A DNA stretch of 49,230 bases from Candidatus Anoxymicrobium japonicum. GTDB taxonomy: Bacteria; Actinomycetota; Geothermincolia; Fen-727; Anoxymicrobiaceae. This document shows positions 1 to 8,978 of this stretch, one piece after another; position 1 is the first letter of the stretch; the number at the start of each line of letters is the position of its first letter. Both the position numbers and the translations under genes were made by a program. A model generated the notes under the pieces. It did no database searches. It saw nothing but the letters and a program-made list of their open reading frames with translations, and was not told where the DNA came from. The DNA is taken from the NCBI GenBank assembly GCA_002843005.1, contig PHEX01000001.1, positions 1 through 49,230 of the forward strand. Reading direction: 5' to 3'.

Positions 1-87
1 CCGGTCGGCCTACGGCCTCCCTCCATCCCTGGGGCAACGCCCATACCTCCTGGAACCTCTAACACCATTGATGTAGAGTAAAATTCA

Positions 88-150
88 ATGGTAGACCCCG
101 TCGGAATCAACTACGCGGGGTAGACGGAGAGGTAGACGGTGCCTGACCCC
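88..150 (+). repeat. REP-like palindromic element, copy 1 (GTAGAC repeats plus GCCTGACCCC box)
   Basis: 119-150 ggtagacggagaggtagacggtgcctgacccc matches 25573-25604 at 31 of 32 positions. A small hairpin pairs ACCCCG (95-100) with CGGGGT (116-121). The element lies just upstream of murI. Confidence 0.6.
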
Positions 151-172
151 GGATGCGGATGGAGCAAGCAGG

Positions 173-1021
173 ATGAAAGAAAAGCCGATAGGCATATTCG
201 ATAGCGGGGTAGGCGGGCTTACCGTGGCCAGGTCGGTGATTGACCGGTTGCCGGGAGAGCGCATAGTTTACCTGGGCGATGATGCGCGAGGGCCGTACGG
301 TCCTCGCGATATCGGCGAGGTCCGCGAGTTCGCGCATCAGATCATCGAGTACTTGATCGGCTTCGGGGTCAAGCTTGTCGTCATCGCGTGCAACAGCGCT
401 ACCGCCGCCGCGCTCGCGGAGGCCCAGCGCGATTACGATATTCCGATTGTAGGCGTTATAGCGCCGGGTGTTCGCGCCGCGCTGCGACACTCAAAACGGC
501 TGCATATCGGTGTAATCGGCACCAGGGTTACCATAGACAGCGGATCATACGAGAGGGCTATCGTCAAGATCGACCCGCGCGCCCGTGTTTTCGGCCAGGC
601 GTGCCCTGAGTTTGTCGAGTTTGTCGAGCGCGGGGAGGTGACCGGCGATCACGTGATGGAGATTGCGTTGGGCTACATCGAACCGATGCTCGAGTCGGGC
701 ATAGACACGCTCATCATGGGGTGCACACACTATCCATTGCTTGCGCCACTCCTGCGCGAGGTCGTGGGTTCGGGTGTGGATCTCATTAACAGCGCGGACG
801 CGACCGCCGCCGACATAGAAGAGATACTGGATCGTTTGGGCTGGCTTGCGGATAGGCGCTCCGGTTCAATAATATTTTTAACGACAGGCAATGTGGAGAA
901 ATGCCAGGAACTCGGGAGAATGTTTCTGGGGCCTGAGGTTCGCAAGGTGGTTGCCGTCAGTCTGGACGAGCATCCCGAGCTTGATTTCGCCGCTCTGGCA
1001 GAGGAGGATACAGATCAATGA
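173..1021 (+). CDS. murI: glutamate racemase
   Basis: 282-aa ORF with IGIFDSGVGGLTV at the N-terminus and the two catalytic-Cys motifs ACNSATA and GCTHYPLL. ATGA stop-start overlap with the next gene. Confidence 0.93.
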   Translation: MKEKPIGIFDSGVGGLTVARSVIDRLPGERIVYLGDDARGPYGPRDIGEVREFAHQIIEYLIGFGVKLVVIACNSATAAALAEAQRDYDIPIVGVIAPGVRAALRHSKRLHIGVIGTRVTIDSGSYERAIVKIDPRARVFGQACPEFVEFVERGEVTGDHVMEIALGYIEPMLESGIDTLIMGCTHYPLLAPLLREVVGSGVDLINSADATAADIEEILDRLGWLADRRSGSIIFLTTGNVEKCQELGRMFLGPEVRKVVAVSLDEHPELDFAALAEEDTDQ

Positions 1022-1791
1022 GTCTGAAGGTGACGGTCTGTGGCAGCTCGGGCGGCTACGCGGGCGCCGGCAAGGCGTGCTCCGGATTTTTGCTTCAGAG
1101 TGAAAGTGGTACTTTACTGCTCGATATCGGCGCCGGTGTTCTGTCCAACGTTCTCAAGCACATTGAAGCCGATCAACTTGACGGGCTCGCGCTGACGCAT
1201 ATGCACTACGACCACTACAGCGACATATACGGGCTGTGCACAGCGCGATGCTTTAGAGAAACGGCCCTGCCGGCTCTGCCCGTGCTGGCCACGGCCGACG
1301 CGAAAGACATCATCGCCTCGCCGCTCGCGGAGCGAAGCCGTCCCGGGTTTTTCAAGTGTGTGAAAATGATTGCGCCCATTCCGGGCGAAGAAATCGACAT
1401 AGCGGGTTTCAACGTGATGGCAAAGCCGTCCGAGCACGTTGTTGACGGCTTTATCTACAGGATCAATGTCGATGACAGGACGATCTGCTACTCGGGCGAT
1501 ACCGGCAGGTGCGACGCTGTGCTCGAGATGGCTTGCGACGTTGATCTCTTTATCTGCGAATCGACTTTCACGAGCGAATGGTTTCTCTCGCGGGAGGGGC
1601 ACCTGGACGCGTTTGAGTCCGGACAGATCGCGGCTGATGCCGGGGTCAAAAGCCTGTTGCTGACCCACCTGTGGCCGACTCTTGATCCGGAGATCGCTCT
1701 TGTAGAAGCAAGCACCAGATATAATGGCCCGGTGGATATCGCGGTGGAGGGCTTGATGCTCTTTGTCGGCCCATATCCGTGCGCTACGTAA
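1018..1791 (+). CDS. MBL-fold metallo-hydrolase (Rv1339-like position between murI and rph)
   Basis: HMHYDHYSD (HxHxDH zinc motif) and a later D/H-rich metallo-beta-lactamase pattern. Translationally coupled to murI. Confidence 0.8.
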   Translation: MSLKVTVCGSSGGYAGAGKACSGFLLQSESGTLLLDIGAGVLSNVLKHIEADQLDGLALTHMHYDHYSDIYGLCTARCFRETALPALPVLATADAKDIIASPLAERSRPGFFKCVKMIAPIPGEEIDIAGFNVMAKPSEHVVDGFIYRINVDDRTICYSGDTGRCDAVLEMACDVDLFICESTFTSEWFLSREGHLDAFESGQIAADAGVKSLLLTHLWPTLDPEIALVEASTRYNGPVDIAVEGLMLFVGPYPCAT

Positions 1792-1817
1792 TCGACACGC
1801 TTTAAAAGGAGACCGCT

Positions 1818-2552
1818 TTGATAAGGACGGACGGCAGAACTCCGGATCAGATGAGACCGGTGAAGATCACTCGCGATTACATACCACACGCGGAAGGCTC
1901 GGTTCTGATTGAACTCGGGCGCACGCGGGTTATCTGTACCGTGACGTACGAGGGGAAGGCGCCGCGATTCCTCGCCGGTACGCAGAGAGGTTGGGTAACG
2001 GCTGAGTACTCGATGCTACCTCGCTCGACAGGTATCCGCAGCAAGCGCGAGGCTACCTCCGGGCGTCAGGGAGGTAGGACTATGGAAATCCAGCGCCTCA
2101 TCGGGAGGTCGTTGCGTGCCGTGACTGACGCGAGCGTGTTCCCGGATAGCACGTTTTGGGTTGACTGTGACGTTATCGAGGCGGACGGCGGGACCCGCAC
2201 GGCCGCGATAACCGGCGCGTATGTGGCATTGCGCGACGCCTTTGACACCATGGTCGATGAAGGAGTGATCGCGAAATCCGGCGTTATCGGCAATATCGCC
2301 GCGATCAGCATTGGAGTGGTCGCGGGCGCGCCCTGTCTTGATCTCTGTTTTGAGGAAGACGTCCATGCGGATGTAGACTTGAACCTGGTAGCGACTGAGC
2401 GGGGCGAGATAATCGAAATACAGGGCACCTCAGAGCGCAGGCCCCTCGCGCGCGCGGATCTTGACACAATTCTCGATCTTGGACTGTCGGGCGTTCGTGA
2501 GCTTATCGCTTATCAAGATATCGTGCTGTCAGAAAAGCGGCCCGGCGTCTGA
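1818..2552 (+). CDS. rph: ribonuclease PH
   Basis: TTG start a few nt after AAGGAG. IRTDGRTPDQMRPVKITRDY, AEGSVLIELG and GGTRTAAITGA match the RNase PH family. Confidence 0.93.
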   Translation: MIRTDGRTPDQMRPVKITRDYIPHAEGSVLIELGRTRVICTVTYEGKAPRFLAGTQRGWVTAEYSMLPRSTGIRSKREATSGRQGGRTMEIQRLIGRSLRAVTDASVFPDSTFWVDCDVIEADGGTRTAAITGAYVALRDAFDTMVDEGVIAKSGVIGNIAAISIGVVAGAPCLDLCFEEDVHADVDLNLVATERGEIIEIQGTSERRPLARADLDTILDLGLSGVRELIAYQDIVLSEKRPGV

Positions 2553-2555
2553 TCC

Positions 2556-3173
2556 ATGGACGTCGTCGTCGCCTCGAAAAACCACGGAAAGATTCGTGAG
2601 ATCCGGGGAATTCTGGATCTTCCCGGATTGAATTTACTTACCTTTGAAGATCTCGGTGACTGGCCCGAGCGCGAGGAGACGGGCTTGACTTTCCAGGAGA
2701 ACGCGACCATGAAAGCCGCCTGGTTGCTTGACCGTTTCGGGCGCGCGACTCTGGCCGACGACTCGGGGCTCGAGGTGGACTGGTTGGGAGGCCGGCCGGG
2801 CGTGCGCTCCTCGAGATACGCGGGGCCCGAGTGCGATCACGACAGAAACATCGCGAAATTGCTCGAGGAGATGGAAGACGCGCCACCCGCGAGCCGAACG
2901 GCGCGTTTCGTTTGTGTCATCGCGCTCGCGCTGCCAGGCGGTGAAGTGAAGCTTGCTCGTGGTGATTGCGAAGGTGTAATTCTGGGCGAGCGCATAGGCG
3001 TCGGCGGCTTTGGGTACGATTCGATCTTCCAGCCCGCGGGGTTCGGCCAATCCATGGCCCAGTTGTCGCTCGAGGAAAAGAACAGTATCAGCCACCGCGG
3101 CAAAGCGCTTCGCGCGATTCATGCGAAGTTTGCGGTAGACGTAGAGGTGGACGGTAGACCCCAGGAGGATTAA
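2556..3173 (+). CDS. rdgB: RdgB/HAM1 non-canonical purine NTP pyrophosphatase
   Basis: VVASKNHGKIREI at the N-terminus, DDSGLEVD, FGYDSIF and SHRGKAL motifs. The last ~12 codons are encoded by a copy of the GTAGAC repeat element. Confidence 0.9.
   Translation: MDVVVASKNHGKIREIRGILDLPGLNLLTFEDLGDWPEREETGLTFQENATMKAAWLLDRFGRATLADDSGLEVDWLGGRPGVRSSRYAGPECDHDRNIAKLLEEMEDAPPASRTARFVCVIALALPGGEVKLARGDCEGVILGERIGVGGFGYDSIFQPAGFGQSMAQLSLEEKNSISHRGKALRAIHAKFAVDVEVDGRPQED
3132..3162 (+). repeat. GTAGAC-family element copy embedded in the rdgB 3' end
   Basis: gcggtagacgtagaggtggacggtagacccc aligns with gcggtagacggaaaggtagacggtgcctgacccc at 25571-25604. The first 10 nt are identical, with further matches and a short gap. 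Confidence 0.5.
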
Positions 3174-4711
3174 TAGGCGGGGGGAAGTTTGCCGCCACCG
3201 TAGCGCATGTGGTATCTGCGGGCCAGGTAGACGGTGAAACAGAAGAACAGGAGCCACGCGGCCAGAAGCGTGACAGACATCACGCCCGCGGGGTGCAGCA
3301 GCGGGAACACAGAGAGCAGGAACTTTTTCACGACATTGTTGCCCAGGAAGTGCGAGAGGAAGATGTTGTCCGTGCCCTCCATCCCGTATGTCCCTACCAT
3401 GAACCGGAACGCCCAGACAGTTGTCACGACCTGGTAGAGCGCAAGCAGCCCGGCTATTCCCCATGTGACTTTGGATCGCACGCGATCCAGGAAGAGCGCG
3501 ATCGACAACAGGAACATGGGCGCCAGCGGGACCAGGTACCTCTGGACGGGTGCCGCGCCGCCGTTCCACGATTGGAACACTCCAAGCATCAGCGTGTGAA
3601 GCCCGATGCAAACCGGGAAGAATATCCACCACCTCTCCCATTCGAGATCCGTTTTCTGGCAGATGAGCCCGTGCGTGAAGAGGGCGTAGAGTGGCGCGAA
3701 GATCAACAACCCCCACGCCCGGTCGAGGTACAGTCCCGGGATGCCCCAGACTGAGTTCGTCCCCCAGTAGCCGCACTGGAACTTGCTTCCGCCTGACGCG
3801 GTTAGCCCCTGGAGTATCCTGGGCCCGAAGGCGACGCTGGTGAGCGCTATCAGCAACGCCGCGCAGACGACGCTCGGAGCGAGCCAGGCGAAAAGCAGTT
3901 TGAGATCCTTGCCGGGTCTCACAATTAGGAACAAGATGAAGAAGCTGATGGTGATCGCTATGAACTTGGGGTGGAATAGCGTGATCGCGCTACCCGAGAA
4001 TCCCATCAAGGCGGCGTGGAACGGCCTCGCGGATTCCTTCAGGCGCCAGGCGCTCCACAGTCCGAGCGCAACCAGAAACACCCCCACTGTCTCGGGGTAG
4101 ATTTGCCGCGAGTAAAACAGCAACGGATAGCTGAAGAACAAGAACAGCGTAACACCAGCCGCGATCCCACGGCTCACAAATCGATCGGTTAGCAGGAACG
4201 AGAATAACGCCGCCGCGCTCATCAACAGTATCATCGTCATGGCCGCGCCGGGGTAGCCGAACAGCCAGAACCCTGGCAACACCATGATTGAGATAAACAT
4301 GGGGTGGGTTGACACGAACCTCCCGTTCTTGCCATGAGCCACGTGCCACATCGATATGTCCTGCTCGAAGTACGGCCTGTACTGCTGGGCCTTGTAGTTG
4401 TTGGTGAGGAAGACGTCGCCGTCGCGGATGATGCTCTCCGTGATAATGAGGTAATGCGGCTCGTCGCCTTGCGTCGAGGTCGCGCCGCGGAAGCGCGGCA
4501 CGGCAATGAACACAAGCGTGTAGACGATGAATGTCAGAAGGAAGATGACAATTCCCACACGCGTTCGCCCGGGCAGACGCAACCACCTGGCGCCAGGTTC
4601 ATGTGGGGCGTCGGTCACTTTCCACTTTTCTTTCCACTTTTTAAGCGTCACTGTTTCTTGCATACGAATATAAGGTCGAAGGCGCGGGACGGAGCGAGTC
4701 TCCCTGCCCAC
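3170..4711 (-). CDS. polytopic membrane protein, GT-C-like glycosyltransferase candidate
   Basis: 513-aa ORF with more than 10 hydrophobic segments. It has an acidic first-loop motif, GDEPHYLIITESIIRDGD, of the DE-type seen in ArnT/PMT-like enzymes. The GTG start at 4711 follows AGAGG; an alternative ATG lies at 4663. Its stop overlaps the rdgB stop (TTAA). Confidence 0.6.
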   Translation of the reverse strand: MGRETRSVPRLRPYIRMQETVTLKKWKEKWKVTDAPHEPGARWLRLPGRTRVGIVIFLLTFIVYTLVFIAVPRFRGATSTQGDEPHYLIITESIIRDGDVFLTNNYKAQQYRPYFEQDISMWHVAHGKNGRFVSTHPMFISIMVLPGFWLFGYPGAAMTMILLMSAAALFSFLLTDRFVSRGIAAGVTLFLFFSYPLLFYSRQIYPETVGVFLVALGLWSAWRLKESARPFHAALMGFSGSAITLFHPKFIAITISFFILFLIVRPGKDLKLLFAWLAPSVVCAALLIALTSVAFGPRILQGLTASGGSKFQCGYWGTNSVWGIPGLYLDRAWGLLIFAPLYALFTHGLICQKTDLEWERWWIFFPVCIGLHTLMLGVFQSWNGGAAPVQRYLVPLAPMFLLSIALFLDRVRSKVTWGIAGLLALYQVVTTVWAFRFMVGTYGMEGTDNIFLSHFLGNNVVKKFLLSVFPLLHPAGVMSVTLLAAWLLFFCFTVYLARRYHMRYGGGKLPPAY

Positions 4712-5733
4712 ATCAGGCCTCTGTAGATGAATTTATAGCGGGGATTGCTGAACAGCGACACCAGCATGTCCACACGCAGGCCCCTCGGTCTGTACCAGTT
4801 GAGGATCAACTCGAGGTATATCCCGGTCACGTTTCGGACATCGAATCCACTTGCGCGCAGGGTGGCCCTGGCCTCGAGGAGGTTCATCTCCCGGACGTGC
4901 TCCGGGTGCACCGGCATGTCGCGCCGATTGGCCCGGGAGAGCAGGCGGTCGCGGTTGGGTGTCGAGATGATGAGCACGCCGCCGGGCTTGAGCACGCGCC
5001 TCCATTCGGCGAGCGCCGCGGCGGTGTCGCTAACGTGCTCGATTATCTCGCCCGCGTAAACGGTGTCAAAGGATGCGTCCTCAAAAGGAAGAGTGAGGGC
5101 ATCTGCCACTATCCAATTCCACTGCGGCGCTAGGCCGCGCATCTTTTCCATGGCGGCGGAGTCGAGATCGCAACACGTGATGTCGAGATCCCATTTGTGG
5201 TTGATAAGGAAGAAGATGCTGTATCCCGAGCCGACGTCGAGCACCTTGCTGCCGACTGGGATGTTCTCGCGGAATATCCGAAAGAGCGATCGCAGGCGCG
5301 CCTCGTGAAAGCTATTGAAGAATGGGTGCTGGACCACGTACTCCTGCTGGTGGCCCTCAGCCTGGTAGTACCGCTCGAGCGCGCTGGTGTCAGTGACTTT
5401 GACGGCAAACTCCATGGCGTTTTCGGCGCACGTGAGACGGAGGATCATCTCGGGGCGCGTCATCATGTTGTCGCGGTGCGAGACGCTTGCCAGCGACGGT
5501 TGGCGCCGGCCTCCATCCACGGATAACGACAGGATGTCGTCTTTTGAGGCAAGCCAGTCAATATCAACTGACAGGCGTCCCGGCCCGGCGCCGTTAAACG
5601 TCCATGTGCCGACGAGGCTGTCGGGGCCATCGACGCCGGCGTACAGCACGGATACATCGAGAGATTTCTCGAGTCCCGGCCAATCCGGGAGTTCGAAGCT
5701 CACGCGCGATGTGGAAGCGTCGAGGTTCGTCAT
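4648..5733 (-). CDS. class I SAM-dependent methyltransferase with a ~150-aa beta-rich N-terminal domain
   Basis: Motif I is VLDVGSGYS, with GGVLIISTPNRD after motif II. The ORF track extends to 6105, but that Arg-rich extension overlaps the upstream GT4 gene. ATG at 5733 gives an ATGA overlap with the stop of 5730-6809. Confidence 0.85.
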   Translation of the reverse strand: MTNLDASTSRVSFELPDWPGLEKSLDVSVLYAGVDGPDSLVGTWTFNGAGPGRLSVDIDWLASKDDILSLSVDGGRRQPSLASVSHRDNMMTRPEMILRLTCAENAMEFAVKVTDTSALERYYQAEGHQQEYVVQHPFFNSFHEARLRSLFRIFRENIPVGSKVLDVGSGYSIFFLINHKWDLDITCCDLDSAAMEKMRGLAPQWNWIVADALTLPFEDASFDTVYAGEIIEHVSDTAAALAEWRRVLKPGGVLIISTPNRDRLLSRANRRDMPVHPEHVREMNLLEARATLRASGFDVRNVTGIYLELILNWYRPRGLRVDMLVSLFSNPRYKFIYRGLMWAGRLAPSRAFDLIFVCKKQ

Positions 5734-6809
5734 GGCGCACAAACCTCGAGCCTGGCGAGCGCGTTCTTGAGATCCTGCCGCACCGCGACGCCGGAGAACG
5801 CCTTGAGCCTCTCGCGCTGGCCACTTACAACGGTGTCGCACAAGAGAGCGTCGGCGCGAAGCGCCTCGAGCAGCTCGCCCACCATGGCGAACTCCTTGCG
5901 GTCGAAAGTCAGGCCCGCTCCCGCGAGCGTGTAGGGGATAGCGGTAGAGGAGTAGGCGACTATCGGCAGGTCGAACGCCATGCTCTCGACGAGAGGCACG
6001 GAAAACCCCTCGTGCTCGCTCATCGAAAGGAAGACGTCCGCGCCGCGGTAGTGCCCCGCGAGGTCGGCGTCGCTTACTCGTCCGGTGAAGCTTACGTTGT
6101 TCCACAAGCCGAAGGAGTCAATGAGCCACTGGAGCTGAGCGTCGTACCTGTTGACCCACGACGCGCCCACAATGAAGAGACGCGAGTTGGAGTTGACACA
6201 CCGGTTGTAGTAGAAAAAAGCGCGGAGCACGTCCTCGATACGCTTGTTTGGAACGTTGCGCCCGACGAAAAGCACGTTGAACGAGTCTTGATGGTTATCA
6301 GCAGGGCCGGCGCTCCGCCCGGCGTTTCGCAGGCCGTCATAGTTCACGAAGATCGGCAGCACTCCTGTCTCCGCCGGCTCGAAACCGGCATCGACCAGCT
6401 CGAGCCTGTTGAACTCGGAATCGCCGAGCGCCAGGTCGCACTCCGCGAGCCGGGGAAGGAGGTCGCGGCCCATGCGGCAGAACGCGGCGACGCCTTTGTC
6501 GTAAGGCTCGAAGAACTCTGGGGGCGTGATGTTGTGGTAGATAAGGACACGTTTCGCTTTCGACTCGAGGTACCGCGTGTAGTTCCGGCAGTAGACGGAG
6601 TAATGGTAGATAAGGACGTCTTCGGAGGAGTCGGCGGTGTGGGAGTATTCGGAGTCGGGACGTGAGACCTGCCGCCCGAACCCGTCGGCGGTGTTGGCGA
6701 ATATCTCGTTTTCGTAGCCCCACGATGAGAGCGCCCTGGCTATTTCGAGCGCCTGGTTACTTACCGCGTCGCCAAACTCCACGCGGGCGCAAAGCTGTCT
6801 GATTTTCAA
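5730..6809 (-). CDS. glycosyltransferase family 4 (GT-B)
   Basis: E-x7-E region EHEGFSVPLVESMAFDLPIVAY. TTG start in a TTGA overlap with the upstream gene. Confidence 0.85.
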   Translation of the reverse strand: MKIRQLCARVEFGDAVSNQALEIARALSSWGYENEIFANTADGFGRQVSRPDSEYSHTADSSEDVLIYHYSVYCRNYTRYLESKAKRVLIYHNITPPEFFEPYDKGVAAFCRMGRDLLPRLAECDLALGDSEFNRLELVDAGFEPAETGVLPIFVNYDGLRNAGRSAGPADNHQDSFNVLFVGRNVPNKRIEDVLRAFFYYNRCVNSNSRLFIVGASWVNRYDAQLQWLIDSFGLWNNVSFTGRVSDADLAGHYRGADVFLSMSEHEGFSVPLVESMAFDLPIVAYSSTAIPYTLAGAGLTFDRKEFAMVGELLEALRADALLCDTVVSGQRERLKAFSGVAVRQDLKNALARLEVCAP

Positions 6810-8038
6810 CTATCGCTCACTCCAAGCGCGTCAAAGAGACGTGTCAAAACCGAGTCCCAATTATACTCTCTCTCCACATAAGCCCGCCCCGCCTCGCCCA
6901 TGCGGCGCGCAAGTTCCGGTTTGTCGAGCATCATGCTGAGCCCAGAGGCGAATTCGTCGTATCCGCGAAATGCCAGACCCCCGCCGCTGGATGAGACGTG
7001 TTCTGATGTAACAGCGCAATCCCGGCGAACGAGCGCCGGCGCACCGGTGAGCCACGACTCCAACAGGACTATGGACAGGCTCTCGTTGACCGAGGGCTGG
7101 CAGAAAACCGCCGCCGCCGCGTAGCCGTCCCACTTTTGCTGTTCGCTGACGCGTCCAACGTCGAAGATGATGTGCGACGAGTCAGATGGGATAGTCACCT
7201 CGCCCGCGCCCATCATGACAAGCGAAGCGCGGCCCGGGTTCTCGACAGCGAAGCGGCGAAAGTAATCCACGAGCAACGGCGTGCACTTGCCCTCCTCGCG
7301 ACGCCCGGCGTACAGGACGAAGTCGCCCCGTACTGGCGCGCGGTCGCGGAAAGCGCGCGCGTCGCCGGCGAGCGCGTGGAAGCCCATGCCGACCACGGGG
7401 CCGGGATCGTCTACGCACAGCAATCTTGCGGCAAGCCTTCGCTCGCCGGCGCTGTTGAACATCAGCCCTTTGACGCTCGCGAGCATCCGGCGAATCAGTT
7501 CCAGGTGGGCGAACGGCTCGTCGTGCAGGCATGGGATGACATAAGAGGAATCCGGGCGGATGGCGCAGCCCAGGAACGTCGTTCCGAAAAGATAAGGCAG
7601 GAATATGAGGTGGGAGTAACGGCCGCCCTCGCGGCGGATGTGCTCAAAGAGCGCGTCGCTTGTCACGACGCCGGAAAGCCAGGCCCGCTGATCCCGTTCG
7701 TTTATGGTGTCGCCACGCATGATGGCCGACGCGATTCTGTGCATGTCAGGTTCCGCGATCCTGGTCTTCGCGTCGAAGCGGGTGACCGCGACGCCGTTTA
7801 GCTCGACTGTTCCCGGGGGGTAGTGATCGCGCCATGTGTGGTGGTCCAGCGCGCGTGTCGCGAGAGCGCTTACCTCAAAGCCACGGGAGGCAAGCTCCTC
7901 AGCGGTTCGCCGGGCGAGATCCTCCGCGCCGCCAACGACCTCCTCGCCGTACCGTGGGACGATAAACGCGGGGTGGAAACTGTCGCGGCTTGGGAGACGT
8001 GCGGGCAAGGCGCTCATAAGATCAGGGCTTGCGCGCAA
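6806..8038 (-). CDS. glycosyltransferase family 4 (GT-B)
   Basis: N-terminal VPRYGEEVVGGAEDLARRTAEELA and C-terminal NESLSIVLLESWLTGAPALV. Start is TTG 8038 or ATG 8017. Confidence 0.85.
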   Translation of the reverse strand: MRASPDLMSALPARLPSRDSFHPAFIVPRYGEEVVGGAEDLARRTAEELASRGFEVSALATRALDHHTWRDHYPPGTVELNGVAVTRFDAKTRIAEPDMHRIASAIMRGDTINERDQRAWLSGVVTSDALFEHIRREGGRYSHLIFLPYLFGTTFLGCAIRPDSSYVIPCLHDEPFAHLELIRRMLASVKGLMFNSAGERRLAARLLCVDDPGPVVGMGFHALAGDARAFRDRAPVRGDFVLYAGRREEGKCTPLLVDYFRRFAVENPGRASLVMMGAGEVTIPSDSSHIIFDVGRVSEQQKWDGYAAAAVFCQPSVNESLSIVLLESWLTGAPALVRRDCAVTSEHVSSSGGGLAFRGYDEFASGLSMMLDKPELARRMGEAGRAYVEREYNWDSVLTRLFDALGVSDS

Positions 8039-8978
8039 CGACGACGCGCCCGCCGGAGTCGCCGGGCCTTACCACGGAAATGTCGATGAAGCCGGCCATG
8101 GACAGCGCTTTTTTGACTACCGGAGCCGCGCACCACGCCGGGGCCGGGCCGCCGGAGGCGAATCCGTGAACCGTGACAGCCATCTTCCCGCGGGGCATGA
8201 GCGTAAGGTAGGAACGGCGAGCGAGCGAAATCAGCGCCTCGGGCCTCAGCCAGAAAGAAAGTTCGCTGACCACGAGCGCCTCCTGGCTTCCTTCATCGAG
8301 CTGGGCCAGAAAAGAGATTGGGGCCGCGGTCGTCGAGGTCTGCGTTCCGGCCGGCGCAACGTCCCACGCTGTTCCCTCTGAGACGCGCAGAACTTTGAAC
8401 CCGGCATCAGCAAGCGCTTTTGATAATGCGGAAGGGCACGGCCCAACGATCGTTGCCCGGTGAGTGCCCTTGAAATACTCCGCAATGGCCGAGGAGGACG
8501 CATCCGCTTCTCCTTCGGTCAGGAGAGCGCCGGCAAGCTCGCTCAAATCTTCCTCGGCTGCATGAGCCTCGGCCCTTTCGGCAACCGCTTGAGCGCGCAC
8601 GGCCTCGAGAGCGGCGGCCGCGTGCCTGTTGAACGTAGTCTGTTCGCGCTGGATAGGGCCGACGGCGATGCGCGCCCACAACCGGGCAAGCCGCTTCGCG
8701 AATATGATAAACGGTCGAATGAGGCGACCTTTTTCTGTTTGAACGGGGTAGGCGGCGCTGACTTCCCAGGATGAGAGCGCTCGCTTCGCGGCGTAATCCA
8801 ACTCCGCTATCGGCGGCAGGGCGCCGTACCCTTCCTCATCAGGCAGACGTTCGGCCAGCAACGCCTCGACATCGCGCGAGCAGGCGCCCGACAGTCTGCG
8901 CGCCTCGACCCTCTCCGCCAGCTCCGCCTCGAGCGCGGCGGTGTCGATTCCTTTGCCGTGTACTTTGAAGTCAGACAT
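8022..8978 (-). CDS. helical N-domain protein with a degenerate methyltransferase-like C-domain
   Basis: ATG at 8978 lies 8 nt after GGAGG. It shares the N-terminal module (ID..L..E...R, then KRLARLWARIAVGPIQREQTTFN) with 11361, 22410 and 25652. The motif I position reads IVGPCPSAL and lacks GxGxG. Confidence 0.6.
   Translation of the reverse strand: MSDFKVHGKGIDTAALEAELAERVEARRLSGACSRDVEALLAERLPDEEGYGALPPIAELDYAAKRALSSWEVSAAYPVQTEKGRLIRPFIIFAKRLARLWARIAVGPIQREQTTFNRHAAAALEAVRAQAVAERAEAHAAEEDLSELAGALLTEGEADASSSAIAEYFKGTHRATIVGPCPSALSKALADAGFKVLRVSEGTAWDVAPAGTQTSTTAAPISFLAQLDEGSQEALVVSELSFWLRPEALISLARRSYLTLMPRGKMAVTVHGFASGGPAPAWCAAPVVKKALSMAGFIDISVVRPGDSGGRVVVARKP

Noticed and set aside
2634-3776. 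380-aa ORF on the minus strand, spanning rdgB and the 3' end of the adjacent GT-C gene
   Set aside because: It is an Arg/Pro/Gly-rich translation with no recognisable motifs. It lies antisense to rdgB and out of frame with the same-strand GT-C gene (3170-4711), both of which have clear family signatures. This is a typical spurious long ORF in high-GC DNA. The same reasoning applies to 107-490(-), 5604-6665(+), 7136-7801(+), 9819-10814(-), 14096-14986(+), 15612-16499(+), 24708-25556(-), 27472-28329(-), 32679-33989(-), 44354-45157(-), 46812-47777(+) and 47891-48973(+).
5734-6105. N-terminal 124-aa extension of the methyltransferase ORF 4648-6105
   Set aside because: It is extremely Arg-rich and overlaps the well-supported GT4 gene 5730-6809 on the same strand. 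An internal ATG at 5733 gives a clean ATGA junction.
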